A stretch of DNA of 64,000 nucleotides from Octopus vulgaris (GCA_951406725.2 OX597824.1:74896001-74960000); one strand, 5' to 3'. Shown: positions 1 through 13,427, counted from the first letter of the stretch. Notes: a model not told the origin generated them from the sequence alone. A program made the numbers and translations.

Positions 1-223
1 TGTATGGATAACCTAGGACAATACATACAATTCTAATCACAACAAATAATTTATAATCACCTTTACAAACACAATAAAATGTCTATTAACACCACACAAA
101 CAATCCAACCCAGATGCAATTACAGAGACACAACTTGATCTCTTTATATAGAAAATGGCTGTCAAAATAGATGGTAAAAAGAGCAGATTTATAATTGGAA
201 ATATTCATTAAAAATTTGTCAGA

Positions 224-277
224 CTTCTTTCTTCTTCTTCTTCTTCTTCTTCTTCTTCTTCTTCTTCTTCTTCTTCT

Positions 278-357
<80 letters not shown>

Positions 358-535
358 CTCTTCCTCTTCTTCTTCTTCTTCTTCTTCTCCCCAACCTTCT
401 TCTTCCTCCTCCTCCTCCTCCTCCTCCTCCTTCTTCTTCTTCTTCTTCTTCTTTTTCTTCTTCTTCTCCCCACCTCCTCTTCCTCCTCCTCCTCCTCCTC
501 CTCCTCCTCCTCCCCCTTCTTCGTCTTCTTCTTTA
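224..535. repeat. (CTT)n/(CCT)n microsatellite
   Basis: Directly visible trinucleotide run; explains the poly-L/K/R ORFs at 86-569. Confidence 0.98.
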
Positions 536-1040
536 GCATAAACTTGGCAGACACGCGTCTCTTGCTCAAATCTTTAGTGATAATGGACTGAACTGATATT
601 CCATATCCTCTGATAACTCACAGATGGTAATTCGACGTTTTCCCCTCACAGCTGCACGCACATCTGCTATGTTTTTTTTCTCAGTCATGCTGGTTGAGAG
701 TCTTCCAGAACGTTCGTTCCTATCAACATTTTTTTCGGCCATCTTGGAAACGACCGAAACACTCGTACACTTGTGTGCGGCTCATGTACTCCTCTCCATA
801 CTCTTTTTGCAACTTTGCGTAGGTCTCTGGACAGGTATTACCACGACACATGACATGTCAATGCACATGACACATCTTCCCTCCAAGCACTGCTGTAAAC
901 AGTGGAGGTGAGATAGAATATCAAAAGTTACTGCGCATGCACAGCATAGTCCAAGGTCATTCACTGCCAAGCGGCTTTACTCTGCGTGCTTTATCTTCGT
1001 TACTATAGTAACAGTCCGGATACTTATTGATCAGACCTTG
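536..1040 (-). mobile_element. Mariner transposon 5' fragment (ITR plus decayed HTH region)
   Basis: Minus strand begins TA-caaggtctgatcaataagtatccggactg (mariner-type ITR); translation gives MSRTQVYECFGRFQDGRKNVDRNERSGR, like the mariner transposase N-terminus; frameshifted. Confidence 0.8.
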
Positions 1041-1075
<35 letters not shown>

Positions 1076-1079
<4 letters not shown>

Positions 1080-1333
1080 AAGCGCGTGGCTTAGTGGTTA
1101 GGGTGTCAGCATCATGATCGTAAGATTGTGGTTTCGATTCCTGGACCGGGCGACGCGTTGTGTCCTTGAGCAAAACATTTCATTTCATGTTGCTCCAGTC
1201 CACTCAGCTGGCAAAAATGAGTAACGCTGCGATGGACTGGCGTCCCGTCCAGCTGGGGAACATATACGCCATAGAAACCGGGAAACCGGGCCCATGAGCT
1301 TGGCTAGGCTTTAAAAGGGCGCATTTATTTATT
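1076..1333 (+). mobile_element. tRNA-derived SINE, family D
   Basis: A box tggcttagtgg, B box gtttcgattcc, body with ctgcgatggactggcgtcccgtccag (V-domain-like); second copy at 20853-21103. Confidence 0.9.
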
Positions 1334-2141
1334 TGTATATATATATAATGTATTGCAGAAATCTTTTTATAAATTTCCTTAGGAATATAAGCCAAACTGA
1401 TGTTGAATTCATGAGTCGAAACGTCTATGTGCAAATAATTTTGACTAAATAGATTAGTTTTGCCATTGTTTTTCAGATTTTCTGAAAATTTTATAAAGAG
1501 AGCTAACTTCAAAATCTGATGAGAAAATATATTTTCTGTTTCAATGAAGAGTTGAATACAAATTTGGATATATTAACGACAAAGAATTTCGGTTTAATCT
1601 CAAATAGGCTTATGTTTTTTTCCATGTGGCAATATCTTGTAAGTGTCTTTGATAAAAAACAGTTGTTCATGAATAAACAACTGAAAAAGATGAAAACTAG
1701 TGACTATTGTAACCTGATAAACTGCTCTGTCTTTTTAGCAATAAGAGAGATCTATTTACGCAATGAACTACAGTTTCTATGTCGGACGAGTAATATAAGC
1801 GTGTTGTTAATTTCTTTCTTCTTCAGCCTCCAAAGATATATGGACAGTGTGGTTGATTTTCCAATATCTATGCATCATAAGGAATGCATATGTTGAATAT
1901 GCCTTATCTTGAATGTGTCTTCAGTGAGACAGACTCCATTATTATTTTTGTCATTTGTAGACGGTAGCTTTGCGCCGCAGTTCACAAGAGACTTTTGTGG
2001 GCACCTACTTTCAAAGAGATAAGATGTGTAACTGAGGCAGTAAAATTTCGGTGAAAAGTTGCACACATTTTTTACGTTTATAATTATATCTTTTAATTCT
2101 AGCTACGAAGATTAACGTGTTTTAGGTCATTGCATTATTTC

Positions 2142-2430
2142 TATTGAGTTGTTTATGTTGAGATTATTTGGGAAATGTTTTTATGGCTCACTTCCAGCGC
2201 TCGCAACGCATCATCAACTAAGAGGAAGGAGGAAGCTTCAGAGAAGGAACTCTTCGCTTCGAAGGACAAGAACTGGTATAATCGTAGGATCAAAGGAGTG
2301 GCAGAAGGGTGGCTTCAGACGGTGTAACTCAATGGACTCTACTTTGAATATTAAGCTGTTTTTGTTGTAACTTGACGAATACCGAAAATAATTTACCAAA
2401 ATATTGCAAAACTCTTGACTCAACACAATA
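2142..2430 (+). mobile_element. Internally deleted, decayed mariner
   Basis: Translation KELFASKDKNWYNRRIKGVAEGWLQTV*LNGLYFEY* resembles the mariner C-terminus; degenerate ends tattgagttg / caacacaata. Confidence 0.6.
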
Positions 2431-2465
2431 TATGTGTATACATTTACATGAGCGGTATATGTGTG

Positions 2466-2497
<32 letters not shown>

Positions 2498-2522
2498 CAT
2501 GTATGTATGTATGCATGCACGC

Positions 2523-2559
<37 letters not shown>

Positions 2560-3191
2560 AGCATATACATATATCTATATGTGTGTGTGTGTGCGCATAT
2601 AATATTTAGATATGTACACACATACAGATATATACATATACACATACTTATATGCGTCTGTACGTGTATATGTATTTGTATATACGCATGTGTATGCGTG
2701 CATGCAAATATAAAACAGCTGGCTTTTTAATAAAAAAAGATCATTCATGCTGCGATTACCATTGTAATTCATTAACAAAATTTTCCCGTTGCTTTTCATT
2801 CTGTAGTTTACAGTTTTTTAACCCCTCATAACATCGTTTAAATTACACAATAATTGTCTGAAATGTCTACATCTTCAAATGTTCAATAATCATTATGAAT
2901 CTTCCTTTGGTTTCTCTCAAATACAAAGAATTTTTAGAAATGGCGACATTTTGAATATAACACTATAACGCTATGTTCACTCAGACGACACATGGCTTGG
3001 AATAATAATTACAGAAGAAGCTATTGTAATTAAAACAAAAATACATTGTCTTTAATAGACAAGTTAATGGGCAGCAATTTTTTAAAGCTTTGTAATAGCA
3101 ATAGATTAGTGCTCAACTTGAAACATGTATTATTATTATTGTTATTATTATTATTGTTGTTGTTGTTGTTGTTATTAATATTATTATTATT

Positions 3192-4395
3192 TCTCTTTAT
3201 CACAGGTTTTATTGGAGCTCCTGGAGTTTTGCATGCATAGAAGACTTGCTAACTGCAGCCTACGCTGCCATGTTATCCGTTCTTTTCCGCTATCTAATAC
3301 TTTCCTGATTATTCTGGCAATGCCCAGGAGGCAAACCTTTTTTTAACATTTCTACTGGGTACTCTATTCCAATTTCCTTTATATTCTCCTTGATGACTTC
3401 TAATACTGTTCCCAAGAACCCAACAATAGTTGGCACTATCTTTACCTTCTACATTTTCCATAGCCGCATTATTTCATACTTAAGATACTCTTTTCTCTTT
3501 TACTCTTTTACTTGTTTCAGTCATTTGACTGCGGCCATGCTGGAGCACCGCCTTTAGTCGAGCAAATCGACCCCGGGACTTATTCTTTGTAAGCCCAGTA
3601 CTTATTCTATCGGTCTCTTTTGCCGAACCGCTAAGTGACGGGGATGTAAACACACCAGCATCGGTTGTCAAGCAATGCTTGGGGGACAAACACACACACA
3701 CACATACATATATATATATACATATATACAACAGGCTTATTTCAGTTTCCATCTACCAAATCCACTCACAAGGCTTTGGTCGGCCCGGGGGTATAGCAGA
3801 AGACACTTGCCCAAGATGCCACGCAGTGGGACTGAACCCGGAACCATGTGGTTGGTTAGCAAGCTACTTACCACACATTTTTTCGCATTCCTTCTTGACT
3901 ATTCGTGGGTCAAAAAGGCATGCAACATCAACTATATAGCATATGTGGTGTACCTTGTCCACCACCACTAGGTCCGGTCTGTTATGCTATAGCACCTGAT
4001 CTGTTTGGATTGGGAAATCTCAAAGGATTTTGCTAGTTTCTGACTCCACAACTCTCTGCGGTTTGTGCTCATACCACGTCTTAACTCTCTCTAGTCTCCA
4101 CATTTCGCACAGTTTCCAATGTAGCACTTTTGCTACCTGGTCGTTTCGCCACGACTTGTAATGGTTTTGGGTAAGACTAGGACATTCGTTCATGACATGG
4201 GCAATGGTTTCATCCACTCTCTGCAGATGCAGCACAGCCGAGATACTTGCTCATTCCTAAAGTTGACCCTCCAGGTCGTGGCCATAGCTTGGGCTTGCGC
4301 TGCCAGCATAGTGCTCTCGGTTTCATTTTTAGTGTTCCCTTCATCAGCCAATCCTACCTATTTTTCCAGCAGCTTCTGTTGTGGCTACATGGAAT
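3192..4395 (-). mobile_element. R4/Dong-clade non-LTR retrotransposon 3' remnant (Zn knuckle plus restriction-like endonuclease), split by a SINE
   Basis: ETIAHVMNEC (CCHC knuckle end), RNDQVAKVLHWKLC, HNRPDLVVVDK...IVDVAC, and C-terminal KKVCLLGIARIIRKVL; flanked by (TAA)n on both sides. Confidence 0.85.
3486..3877 (-). mobile_element. SINE family A
   Basis: tRNA-like head (gttccgggttcagtccca), internal (TA)/(TG) tract, tail ...gactgaaacaagtaaaagag; many near-identical copies in the window. Confidence 0.95.
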
Positions 4396-4912
<517 letters not shown>

Positions 4913-5021
4913 TAGTAGTAGTGGTAGTTGTAGTATTTTCATATACATATATGAATATTATTATCATATAAATATATGATTATCAGTTCAACGACTGAAT
5001 CAAGTAAGAGCGTAAATATGA

Positions 5022-5075
<54 letters not shown>

Positions 5076-5497
5076 GGAGAGAGAGAGAGAGAGGGAGAGA
5101 GAGAGAGAGAGAGAGACAAAGACAAGGAGGAGAAGGGAAGACATGGAAAAAGAGACATAGATAGTTTTATGTTGGTAAAATAAATACAAGTCTTGTTCAA
5201 ATGTTTGAATTTCTTATATGCAATAAAAGAAACGTGTTTGCTTAAAAAGTAAATTATACTTGCATTATATTTATCTATTATTATATAACAGAAAAAACTA
5301 TTTTTTTCCTTTGATATAATTACATTTATTAAACCGTTTGTTTTCGTAAATAATAAAAACAATGAATATAATGGGGGAAAAAATTGAAAACAAACGACAG
5401 ACAATCATTTCTGAATGTTTTATGGCGAAATATAAATATAAATGTAAATATAAATTAAATATCTGTAGAAAATTAAAAATGTCCAATAATAATAATA

Positions 5498-5562
<65 letters not shown>

Positions 5563-5861
5563 TTGATTTTGGAAATGAAAGTTAACGGTAACAAACATTT
5601 TATATATCAGCTTCTGTAATAATACATTTTACATTATATTTGTATATTATTTTTTTTTTTCAGCTTAACAAACAGTTGAAGCCAATTGGTTTGAGAAAGA
5701 TATCAATTCTATATACAAAATTTTATCTAATACAAAATTATAAACCGAGGAAAGGAGATCCAACACCGTTTATTCTGTGTTATATGTTTCATGAAAATTT
5801 CTGTCTCGGTAGCTTAAGACGAAGTGGCGTCGGCCATCATTTTTCATTATTTTGGCGGCGA

Positions 5862-6480
5862 AGGTGGCGAGCTGGCAGAATCGTTAGCACGCCGGACAAA
5901 ATTGCATAGCGGCATTTGTTTCGGATCTTTAAGTTCAAATTCTCCCGAGGACGACGTTTGCATTCATCATTTCAGGGTCGATAGAATAAGTACCAGTTGA
6001 AAGGCAGCGAGCTGGCAGAAACGTTAGCACGCCGGGCGAAATGCTTAGCGGTATTTCGTCTGCCGTTACGTTCTGAGTTGAAATTCCGCCGAGGTCGATT
6101 TTGCCTTTCATCCTTTCGGGGTCGATTAAATAAGTACCAGTTACGCACTGGGGTCGATATAATCGATTTAATCCGTTTGTCTGTCCTTGTTTGTCCTCTC
6201 TGTGTTTAGCCCCTTGTAGGTAGTAAAGAAAAAGGTATTTCATCTGCAGTTACGTTCTGAGTTCAAATTCCGCCGAGGTCGACTTTGCCTTTCATCCTTT
6301 CGGGGTCGATAAATTAAGTACCAATTACATACTGGGGTCAATATAGTCGACTTAATCCCTTTGTCTGTCCTTGTTTCTCCCCTCTATGTTTAGCCCCTTG
6401 TTGGCAATAAAGAAATAAAATAAGTACCAGTTGAGCACTCGGATTGATGTAGCTGACAAACCTCCCCCAGCTCAAAATTG
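5862..6480 (+). mobile_element. SINE family B cluster (young dimeric copy nested in an older copy)
   Basis: Repeated ggcgagctggcagaa...gttcaaattccgccgaggtcgactttgcctttcatcctttcggggtcgataaattaagtaccag units; the central part resembles the MetaSINE/Sauria-SINE domain (from memory). Confidence 0.9.
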
Positions 6481-7148
6481 CTGTCATGAAAGCGCATGTC
6501 TTTACGGTTATGTTTCAGAGATCATGACCGTAAGTTCGGAGGTTCGATTCCTGGGCTAGGCGAAGCACTGTGCTCTTCAGCAAGGCATTTTATTTCATGT
6601 TCTAGTCTACTCAACAGAAATGAGTACCAAGCTATTGCTGGTACTGCCTTCTCTCCTGTAACGTCCTGGAAGTTTCGCTTGGTCAAGGATGGCAAGAGGA
6701 ATGAAATGGTATACATCTGCTTACGTTACAATGGTATCGAAAACAACGAATGTAAGGTGCATACTTCCGAACCATACTCACTTGCAAGTGGCAGCAACGG
6801 ATTTTATTTTTATAATGGGCTTTCCCACTCTGGGTTTTGTTGGAGAAGCACCAAGGTTACTTTTTATTATTTTTATATCTTTCAGGGCATCTGAACTTGG
6901 TTGGGAGAAGAGGAAATGTTATCCTCAAACTGGAAGCCTGCTGTGATGTGCATGTGACAGAAACGACTTTGTTGAAAGCACCTATATAGCAGTTGATGAT
7001 GTGAAACCCAGCTATGAATTAAGTCGTCCTGCCAAGAACATGAAATTCAAAGTGCTGCAACAAATACTACAAATTATTTTGTGTGTATGTATGTATGTAT
7101 GTATGTATGTATGTATGTATGTATGTATGTATGTATGTATGTATGTGT

Positions 7149-7519
7149 AGAAACCAAGGCTGCGATTTAAGGACTGTGTTAAGTCCTCGTTAAAGGCCTT
7201 TGATATGCAGGACACTGACTGGGAGAACAATGCCTGTCATCGTCACAGATGGAGGAAGCAGGTTAAGGAGGGGATCGACACTTTTGAGAGAGCACGTATC
7301 CAGCATGAAGAACTTAAGCGAGCTGCGCGAAAGCGCACGGCTCGTGTAGTGAATGGGGAAAGCTTGGTCTGCAATGTTTGCAGTCGTGTATGCTTGTCAA
7401 GAGCAGGGCTCATTAGCCACCAACGGAGCCGCAAGTGCGAAATATAAGTTAGTCCTAGAGTGCACAATGTTCCTGAAGGTCGGCAATGGTCTTCCTCGGT
7501 CACGAGTGGACGGCCATCA
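7149..7519 (+). mobile_element. RTE-clade LINE 3' end
   Basis: KPRLRFKDCVKSSLK...WRKQVKEG...CNVCSRVCLSRAGLISHQR, the C-terminal C2H2-like finger seen in RTE elements. Confidence 0.85.
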
Positions 7520-7879
7520 TATATATATATATATATATATATGCGTGTGTGTGTGATCAAAAACACGACTGTTCAAGTTCTGTCTTCTTTATTTCAGATT
7601 TTAAAAATTATTTTTATTAGTTTTTTACAGCTACTTTAAAGCAAAAGAGTTCCTAAATTCATATTCAAAGTTTCCTGACCTTCACAATATCCGTCAAATA
7701 TATAATTCTTGAAAATGTGTGTGTAAATGTTTGGGAACATCGAATATGAGTTGAGGGATTTTACTGTTCGAAACAAACTGTAAAAACCTGGAAAAAAAAA
7801 CAATTAGAAAAATTAAAAAGATAAAGAATGAACATAATCGTTCAGTTAATAAAACGTGTACAAAAAGAAAGCTGTTCTC

Positions 7880-7921
<42 letters not shown>

Positions 7922-7983
7922 TGGCCCAAACACTGTAAGTTATAAGATGTAATAGAAGTTAATGGTTTGTACTTTTGCTTTAT

Positions 7984-8023
7984 ATTTCAATATTTTGGGA
8001 TTAGAAACCCTTCTTCAGGAAAC
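7984..8023 (-). ncRNA. Decayed hammerhead ribozyme motif
   Basis: gtttc CTGAAGA a ggg tttctaat ccc AAAAT ATT gaaat; stems I and II pair, but the 3' core differs from GAAACGTT at three positions. Confidence 0.5.
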
Positions 8024-8751
8024 TTCGGAAATCTGGTGTTTTGAGCTAAATTCTCTGTTCTCCATTCGTGTATATAAAGATTGCTTTATGCCAATCCAAA
8101 TTTTCCTAGTTGATTATTTTATAAGTTATTCAATAGAATTCTTTAAATTTAAAATTAAAATTTTAAGGTACAAAAAGCCCAACTTAAAAGAAAAAATCAG
8201 TAACGCACAGTCCTGAAAAGTAGTCTAAGCTCAGTACCGCAAACACTAGTTCTCTTATGCTTAAAACGAAGGCTACCCTCCTAAATGATAAAAGGATAAG
8301 AAAGCAAATTGATAATCGATAAAAAAAGAAGCTAAAATCATTAAAAAAACTGAATAGAATTTTGATGCAGCAAATCTATATTATCGCCCAAATGAGTAAA
8401 TACGTATTACAAAATTTATTCACTTAAAAACAATTCGCAGAACATTCGAGAAATTTAACAGAAATGATCAACTTATCTTTAAATCAATTCTTGTGGTGTT
8501 GGTGTATATGTTTGTTATTTTCACATCCTTGTCTTCTTTTTTGAAACGTCTGGTTTTGTATTGAGTTGTAAAATCCTCGAATCGGAAACTATGCGGTCGG
8601 CTTTCGATCTCTGGGAAATCGACGAAACGATTTCTCAACAACAAATCAACTTCCTTTTGGTCAGGCAATTTAGGTTTGTATGTATAGATATATATATATA
8701 TATATAAATTGTAGATTTTTAGACTTCTAGAAGTCAGTTGTACATCCATAA

Positions 8752-8866
8752 GAGAAATTGTGTACAGTTGTGGATATCAGCTGCCAAGTGGACAATAACA
8801 TAAAACTAAAAATTATTGAAACAGAAAATACCTATGCTGAACTATTGAGAAATTTGCAGTTACTCT
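8752..8866 (+). mobile_element. R4/Dong-type endonuclease fragment
   Basis: EKLCTVVDISCQVDNNIKLKIIETENTYAELLRNLQL resembles the D..K/Y segment of restriction-like endonucleases. Confidence 0.6.
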
Positions 8867-9253
8867 CTTTTAGTCTTTTACTTGTTACAGTCATTTGACT
8901 GCGGCCATGCTGGAGCACCGCCTTAAGTCGAGCAAATCGACCCCAGGACTTATTCTTTGTAAGCCCAGTACTTATTCTATCGGTCTCTTTTGCCGAACTG
9001 CTAAGTTACGGGGAGGTAAACACACCAACATCGGTTGTCAAGCGATGTTGGGGAGCCAAACACAGACACAGAAACATATATACACACATATATATATGCG
9101 ACGGGCTTCTTTCAGTTTCCGTTTACCAAATTCACTCACAAGGCTTTGGTCGGCCCGAGGCTATAGTAGAAGACACTTGCCCAAGGTTCCACGCAGTGGG
9201 ACTGAACCCGGAACTATGCGGTTCGTAAGCAAGCTACTTACTACACAGCCACT
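8861..9253 (-). mobile_element. SINE family A
   Basis: Colinear with the other family A copies. Confidence 0.95.
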
Positions 9254-9737
9254 CGAAAGCTGATTCGAAGACTACAGATCCACTCCATCACTGGAACTGT
9301 AAAAATCTATAAAACTTTCCAAAAGTTTATCAGTTAAGTATATATGAGCATATAGCATATGTAGACATGTATGAGAATACATGCATAAAACAAAGTATAC
9401 AAATCTGCACGTATACAAACATACAACAATACCCTGTTGATGTGGAAATTCGAATGTACGAGACTTAGATCTAAGTTAGGAATCGGCTTTTTCTCTATTG
9501 GCAAGAAATCTTGAATTAAAACTGAATAATGACATAGATACATACATACATACATACACACACATATGAATAAACTAAGTCGAACATATACACAGGGTAT
9601 GATGTGTGTTGTTAGTTCGTGAGTCAGCTGCAGCTTTTAGGCGTAGGAGAATATATTCTCTATGCGCCTGGTGTAAAGAGTACCTGAAAGTAAGCTACTC
9701 TCAAGCGAGACAACTCACATCAAGATCCTTTCTCGGA

Positions 9738-9784
9738 GCTACAGATATCGATGTTTCGTCACTGTTTTGACTTATCGATGTTGC
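9738..9784 (-). ncRNA. Hammerhead ribozyme motif, variant core UCGAUAA
   Basis: gcaaca TCGATAA gtca aaacag tgac GAAAC atcgat ATC tgtagc; stem I 5/6 bp, stem II 4 bp, palindromic stem III region. Confidence 0.6.
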
Positions 9785-9894
9785 ATACCGAACAAGGCCA
9801 GCTGCAAGCCATATCGCCAAGTATGACTATCACTCATATATATTCTCATCACTAACCAGCCACTTACACCATCTAATTAATAGAAAAATACAAT

Positions 9895-10305
9895 AGGCGC
9901 AGGAGTGGCTGTGTGGTAAGTAGCTTGCTAACTAACCACATGGTTCCGGGTTCAGTCCCACTGCGTGGCATCTTGGGCAAGTGTCTTCTGCTATAGCCTC
10001 GGGCCGACCAAAGCCTTGTGAGTGGATTTGGTAGACGGAAACTGAAAGAAGCCTGTCGTATATATGTATATATATATGTGTGTGTGTGTATATGTTTGTG
10101 TGTTTGTCCCTCTAGCATTGCTTGACAACCGATGCTGGTGTGTTTATGTCCCCGTTACTTAGCGGTTCGGCAAAACAGACCGATAGAATAAGTACTGGGC
10201 TTACAAAGAATAAGTCCCGGGGTCGATTTGCTCGACTAAAGGCGGTGCTCCAGCATGGCCGCAGTCAAATGACTGAAACAAGTAAAAAGAAAAAAAAAAG
10301 AAAAA
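9895..10305 (+). mobile_element. SINE family A, full length
   Basis: Starts ggcgcaggagtggctgtgtggtaag and ends in an A-rich tail. Confidence 0.95.
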
Positions 10306-10317
10306 GAAAGATCGACT

Positions 10318-10480
10318 TTCCTGGGCTATTATAGACTCAGGTGTAATAGACTCAGGGTTAAAACTCCATTTGTGGACTTTGCTTAAAAGAAGCCCTCAAA
10401 ATTTAAACCCTTAATTCACCACAATTGCTTAATAAACAAAACGTGTAAGCACAAATTCTTCCAAATTTTAAATTCTTTCA
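10318..10480 (+). mobile_element. PLE GIY-YIG C-terminal remnant (Naiad-like)
   Basis: From 10371: CGLCLKEALKI*TLNSPQLLNKQN then CKHKF, matching the CxLCxxE...LLNK...CxH tail I recall for Naiad-type PLE endonucleases. Confidence 0.55.
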
Positions 10481-10660
10481 TAAATCTAAATGTAACTTCA
10501 CCCCCCCCCACACACACAGACACACGAATAACACCCACATACAAACATCCATGATCATTAGCACATACCCCACTATCTCTTCTATCTCTCCTATATCTCT
10601 TTATCTCTTCTATCTACCTTACCTCATCACTTTATAAGATAAATATGAATTCTTTAATCT

Positions 10661-11064
10661 ATACTCTTTTACTCTTTTACTTGTTTCAGTCATTTGACTG
10701 TGGCCATGCTGGAGCACCGCCTTTAGTCGAGCAAATCGACCCCGGGACTTATTCTTTGTAAGCCCAGTACTTATTCTATCGGTCTCTTTTGCCGAACCGC
10801 TAGGTGACGGGGACGTAAACACACCAGCATCGATTGTCAAGCACTGCTAGGGGGACAAACACAGACACACAAACACACACATATATATATATATATATAT
10901 ACATATATACGACAGGCTTCTTTCAGTTTCCGTCTACCAAATCCACTCACAAGGCATTGGTCGGCCCGGGGCTATAGCAGAAGACACTTGCCCAAGATGC
11001 CACGCAGTGGGACTGAACCCGGAACCATGTGGTTGGTTAGCAAGCTACTTACCACACAGCCACT
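10661..11064 (-). mobile_element. SINE family A
   Basis: Colinear with the other copies. Confidence 0.95.
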
Positions 11065-11422
11065 CAAACATTAACCCAATAAACCCCCTAATATTTAATT
11101 CTAACTCCCACTCTTAAATAATTGAACATTCAACTAGTTCCTCTATTCTCAACTACCCACATCCCCATAACCCCATTGCTAGAAATAACTCTACAGCCAG
11201 AACGGACACAAGCATTTACTACTAGATTTCCTCTCCAATCCATATAGACTAGAAGAATACAACTGGCACCCACTACTCTCTTTAAATTCCTTCCATTTTG
11301 CTCTATTTTGTATATTTTTTAACGTTATCTTCCTCTACCTCCCCATCCCCTCCCCTACCTTCCTCTACCTTCTCCTCCTCTCTCTTATCTTCTCGGTTTT
11401 CTTTGTACAATATATTCTTAGA

Positions 11423-11452
<30 letters not shown>

Positions 11453-11458
<6 letters not shown>

Positions 11459-11702
11459 TGTTACGCCTGTAGTTTGTTTATGTTTGTTACAAGTTGCCGG
11501 GAGTTGGGAGGCGCGCGGTGCGGATAGACAGAGCAACAGTTTAGCTTTCCTGCAAGTCTAGATCGTGGAGCGCTGCACTTTCAATCCTCGCAAAAAGTCA
11601 ATGTTTGCTTTTTGTTTAAGGTGACAATCATACAATAACAGTGTGTATGTTGTTTGTTCAGATTATACATGCATACGCAAATGTGTATGAATGTATAAGT
11701 AT

Positions 11703-11767
<65 letters not shown>

Positions 11768-11952
11768 TGTAACCTTCAACGCGGTACTCCAGCATGGTCG
11801 CACGAAAATGCCTGAAACAAGTAAAAAAATAAAAAGAATGTAGCCATGAAACGTACGTAATTTTTTTTACTTATTAGATATTGATTATTCATTTTTATAC
11901 TTTTTGAGATCTAGTTAGATCTCTAATTTGTATTATATATATATATATATAT
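11453..11952 (+). repeat. Direct duplicate of 14981-15433
   Basis: Near-identical block attgtttgttacgcctgtag...ctctaatttgtattata; differs mainly in (TA)n length. Confidence 0.95.
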
Positions 11953-12205
11953 AGTGTCTAATATATATACCTTACTTTATCCTAAAGCCAATCCTTAACT
12001 TCCCCCTTCAATCTATCTACTTCTCTTACTATTTATTTACCTTTCTTTTCCTTTACCACTTAATAGCCACCTCCACTACCATTCTGTTACTGAACGTTGA
12101 TATGTCCGCGTCTTTTTTCTGGTTATTTACAATATCAGGACTTTAATCTACGCAAGATTGCACCTAAGGACTTATAGACGTATTTCCTCAACATCGGAAA
12201 TTTGA

Positions 12206-12627
12206 ACTCTTTACTCTTTTTTTCTTTTACTCTTTTACTTGTTTCAGTCATTTGACTGCGGCCATGCTGGAGCACCGCCTTTAGTCGAGCAACTCGACCC
12301 CGAGACTTATTCTTTTGTAAGCCCAGTACTTATTCTATCGGTCTCTTTTGCCGAACCGCTAAGTAACGGGGACATAAACACACCAGCATCGGTTGTCAAG
12401 CAATGCTAGGGGGACAAACACAGACACACAAACACACACACGCATATATATATACATATATACGACGGGCTTCTTTCAGTTTCCGTCTACCAAATCCACT
12501 CACAATGCTTTGGTCGGCCCGAGGCTATGGTAGAAGGTACTTGCCCAAGGTTCCACGCAGTGGGACTGAACCCGGAACCATGTGGTTGGTAAACAAGCTA
12601 CTTACCACACAGCCACTCCTGCGCCTA
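12206..12627 (-). mobile_element. SINE family A, full length
   Basis: Colinear with the other copies. Confidence 0.95.
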
Positions 12628-12735
12628 TACTGTGAACTTTTATGCTTCTTTTTTCTCTCTCTTCATCTCCTTATTCCTTAACTCCTGTCATCTTTGTCGT
12701 CATTTCATTAATACCCTTCTTATTTTCTCTATTTA

Positions 12736-12789
12736 TCTCTGATGATGGAATATCCCATACTCTGGGATATTCCAGAAACAGCTGTAAGA
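12736..12789 (+). ncRNA. Minimal type I hammerhead ribozyme, canonical core
   Basis: tct CTGATGA tggaatatccca tactc tgggatattcca GAAAC agct GTA aga; perfect 12 bp stem II, palindromic acagctgt stem III, 3 bp stem I. Confidence 0.85.
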
Positions 12790-13345
12790 CTCAATTTTTT
12801 CCAGTGATAATAATGTATATGACTTGAAATGTTTGCCTTGCTTTAACGTTTGTTGTTCTCTTTAGCAATTATATAGATATAATATACATACATATACACA
12901 CACAAACATATGCGTATATAATCATAGATCTAACGATCTAGTGTCATCCGAGAAAAGTAGGGATTATTGAATTATTTTAAAAAGAGGACACTAAAATGAG
13001 GAAACAAATATAAAGTTAATATATTACATTCAAGCTTCTATATTATTACGTTTTGGACAGATGGTCCTTCATCAAAAAAATAAAGGAATAGATGTCAAAA
13101 GTCTTGTGGTCAAAACGTATTGCAAGTTAATTTATAATAATGATACTGAATGAAACGGAAATGAACAGAAAAGAGAAATGTGCTTTACAGTCAAGTGTAG
13201 GTCAAGTACTTGGAGCTGTTTAATAGAATCAGCCACTACACATATTTGTAGCTTTGTGTCTATGCAACAAAACTTCTTTTCTTTATGCAAACCCCCTCCG
13301 AATTGTAAACTCTCTTCAGACAGCCCTCAAGCAAATATAAGAAAG

Positions 13346-13385
13346 CATCATCATACTTTAATCATCATCGTCGTCGTCGTCGTCG

Positions 13386-13427
<42 letters not shown>

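Noticed and set aside
1393-1429. Very decayed HHR-like strings here, at 18875-18952 (minus) and at 31898-31947
   Set aside because: Each needs several core and stem corrections; not counted without homologues.
1517-1545. ctgatga followed by a gaaaa/ttttc hairpin
   Set aside because: No GAAA box or cleavage triplet follows.
4315-4350. ctgatga...gaaac on the minus strand
   Set aside because: No stems; it is part of the Dong coding remnant.
9873-10334. Recurrent ORFs such as RLPNPLTRLWSARGYSRRHLPK that look like a gene family
   Set aside because: They are translations of SINE A copies.
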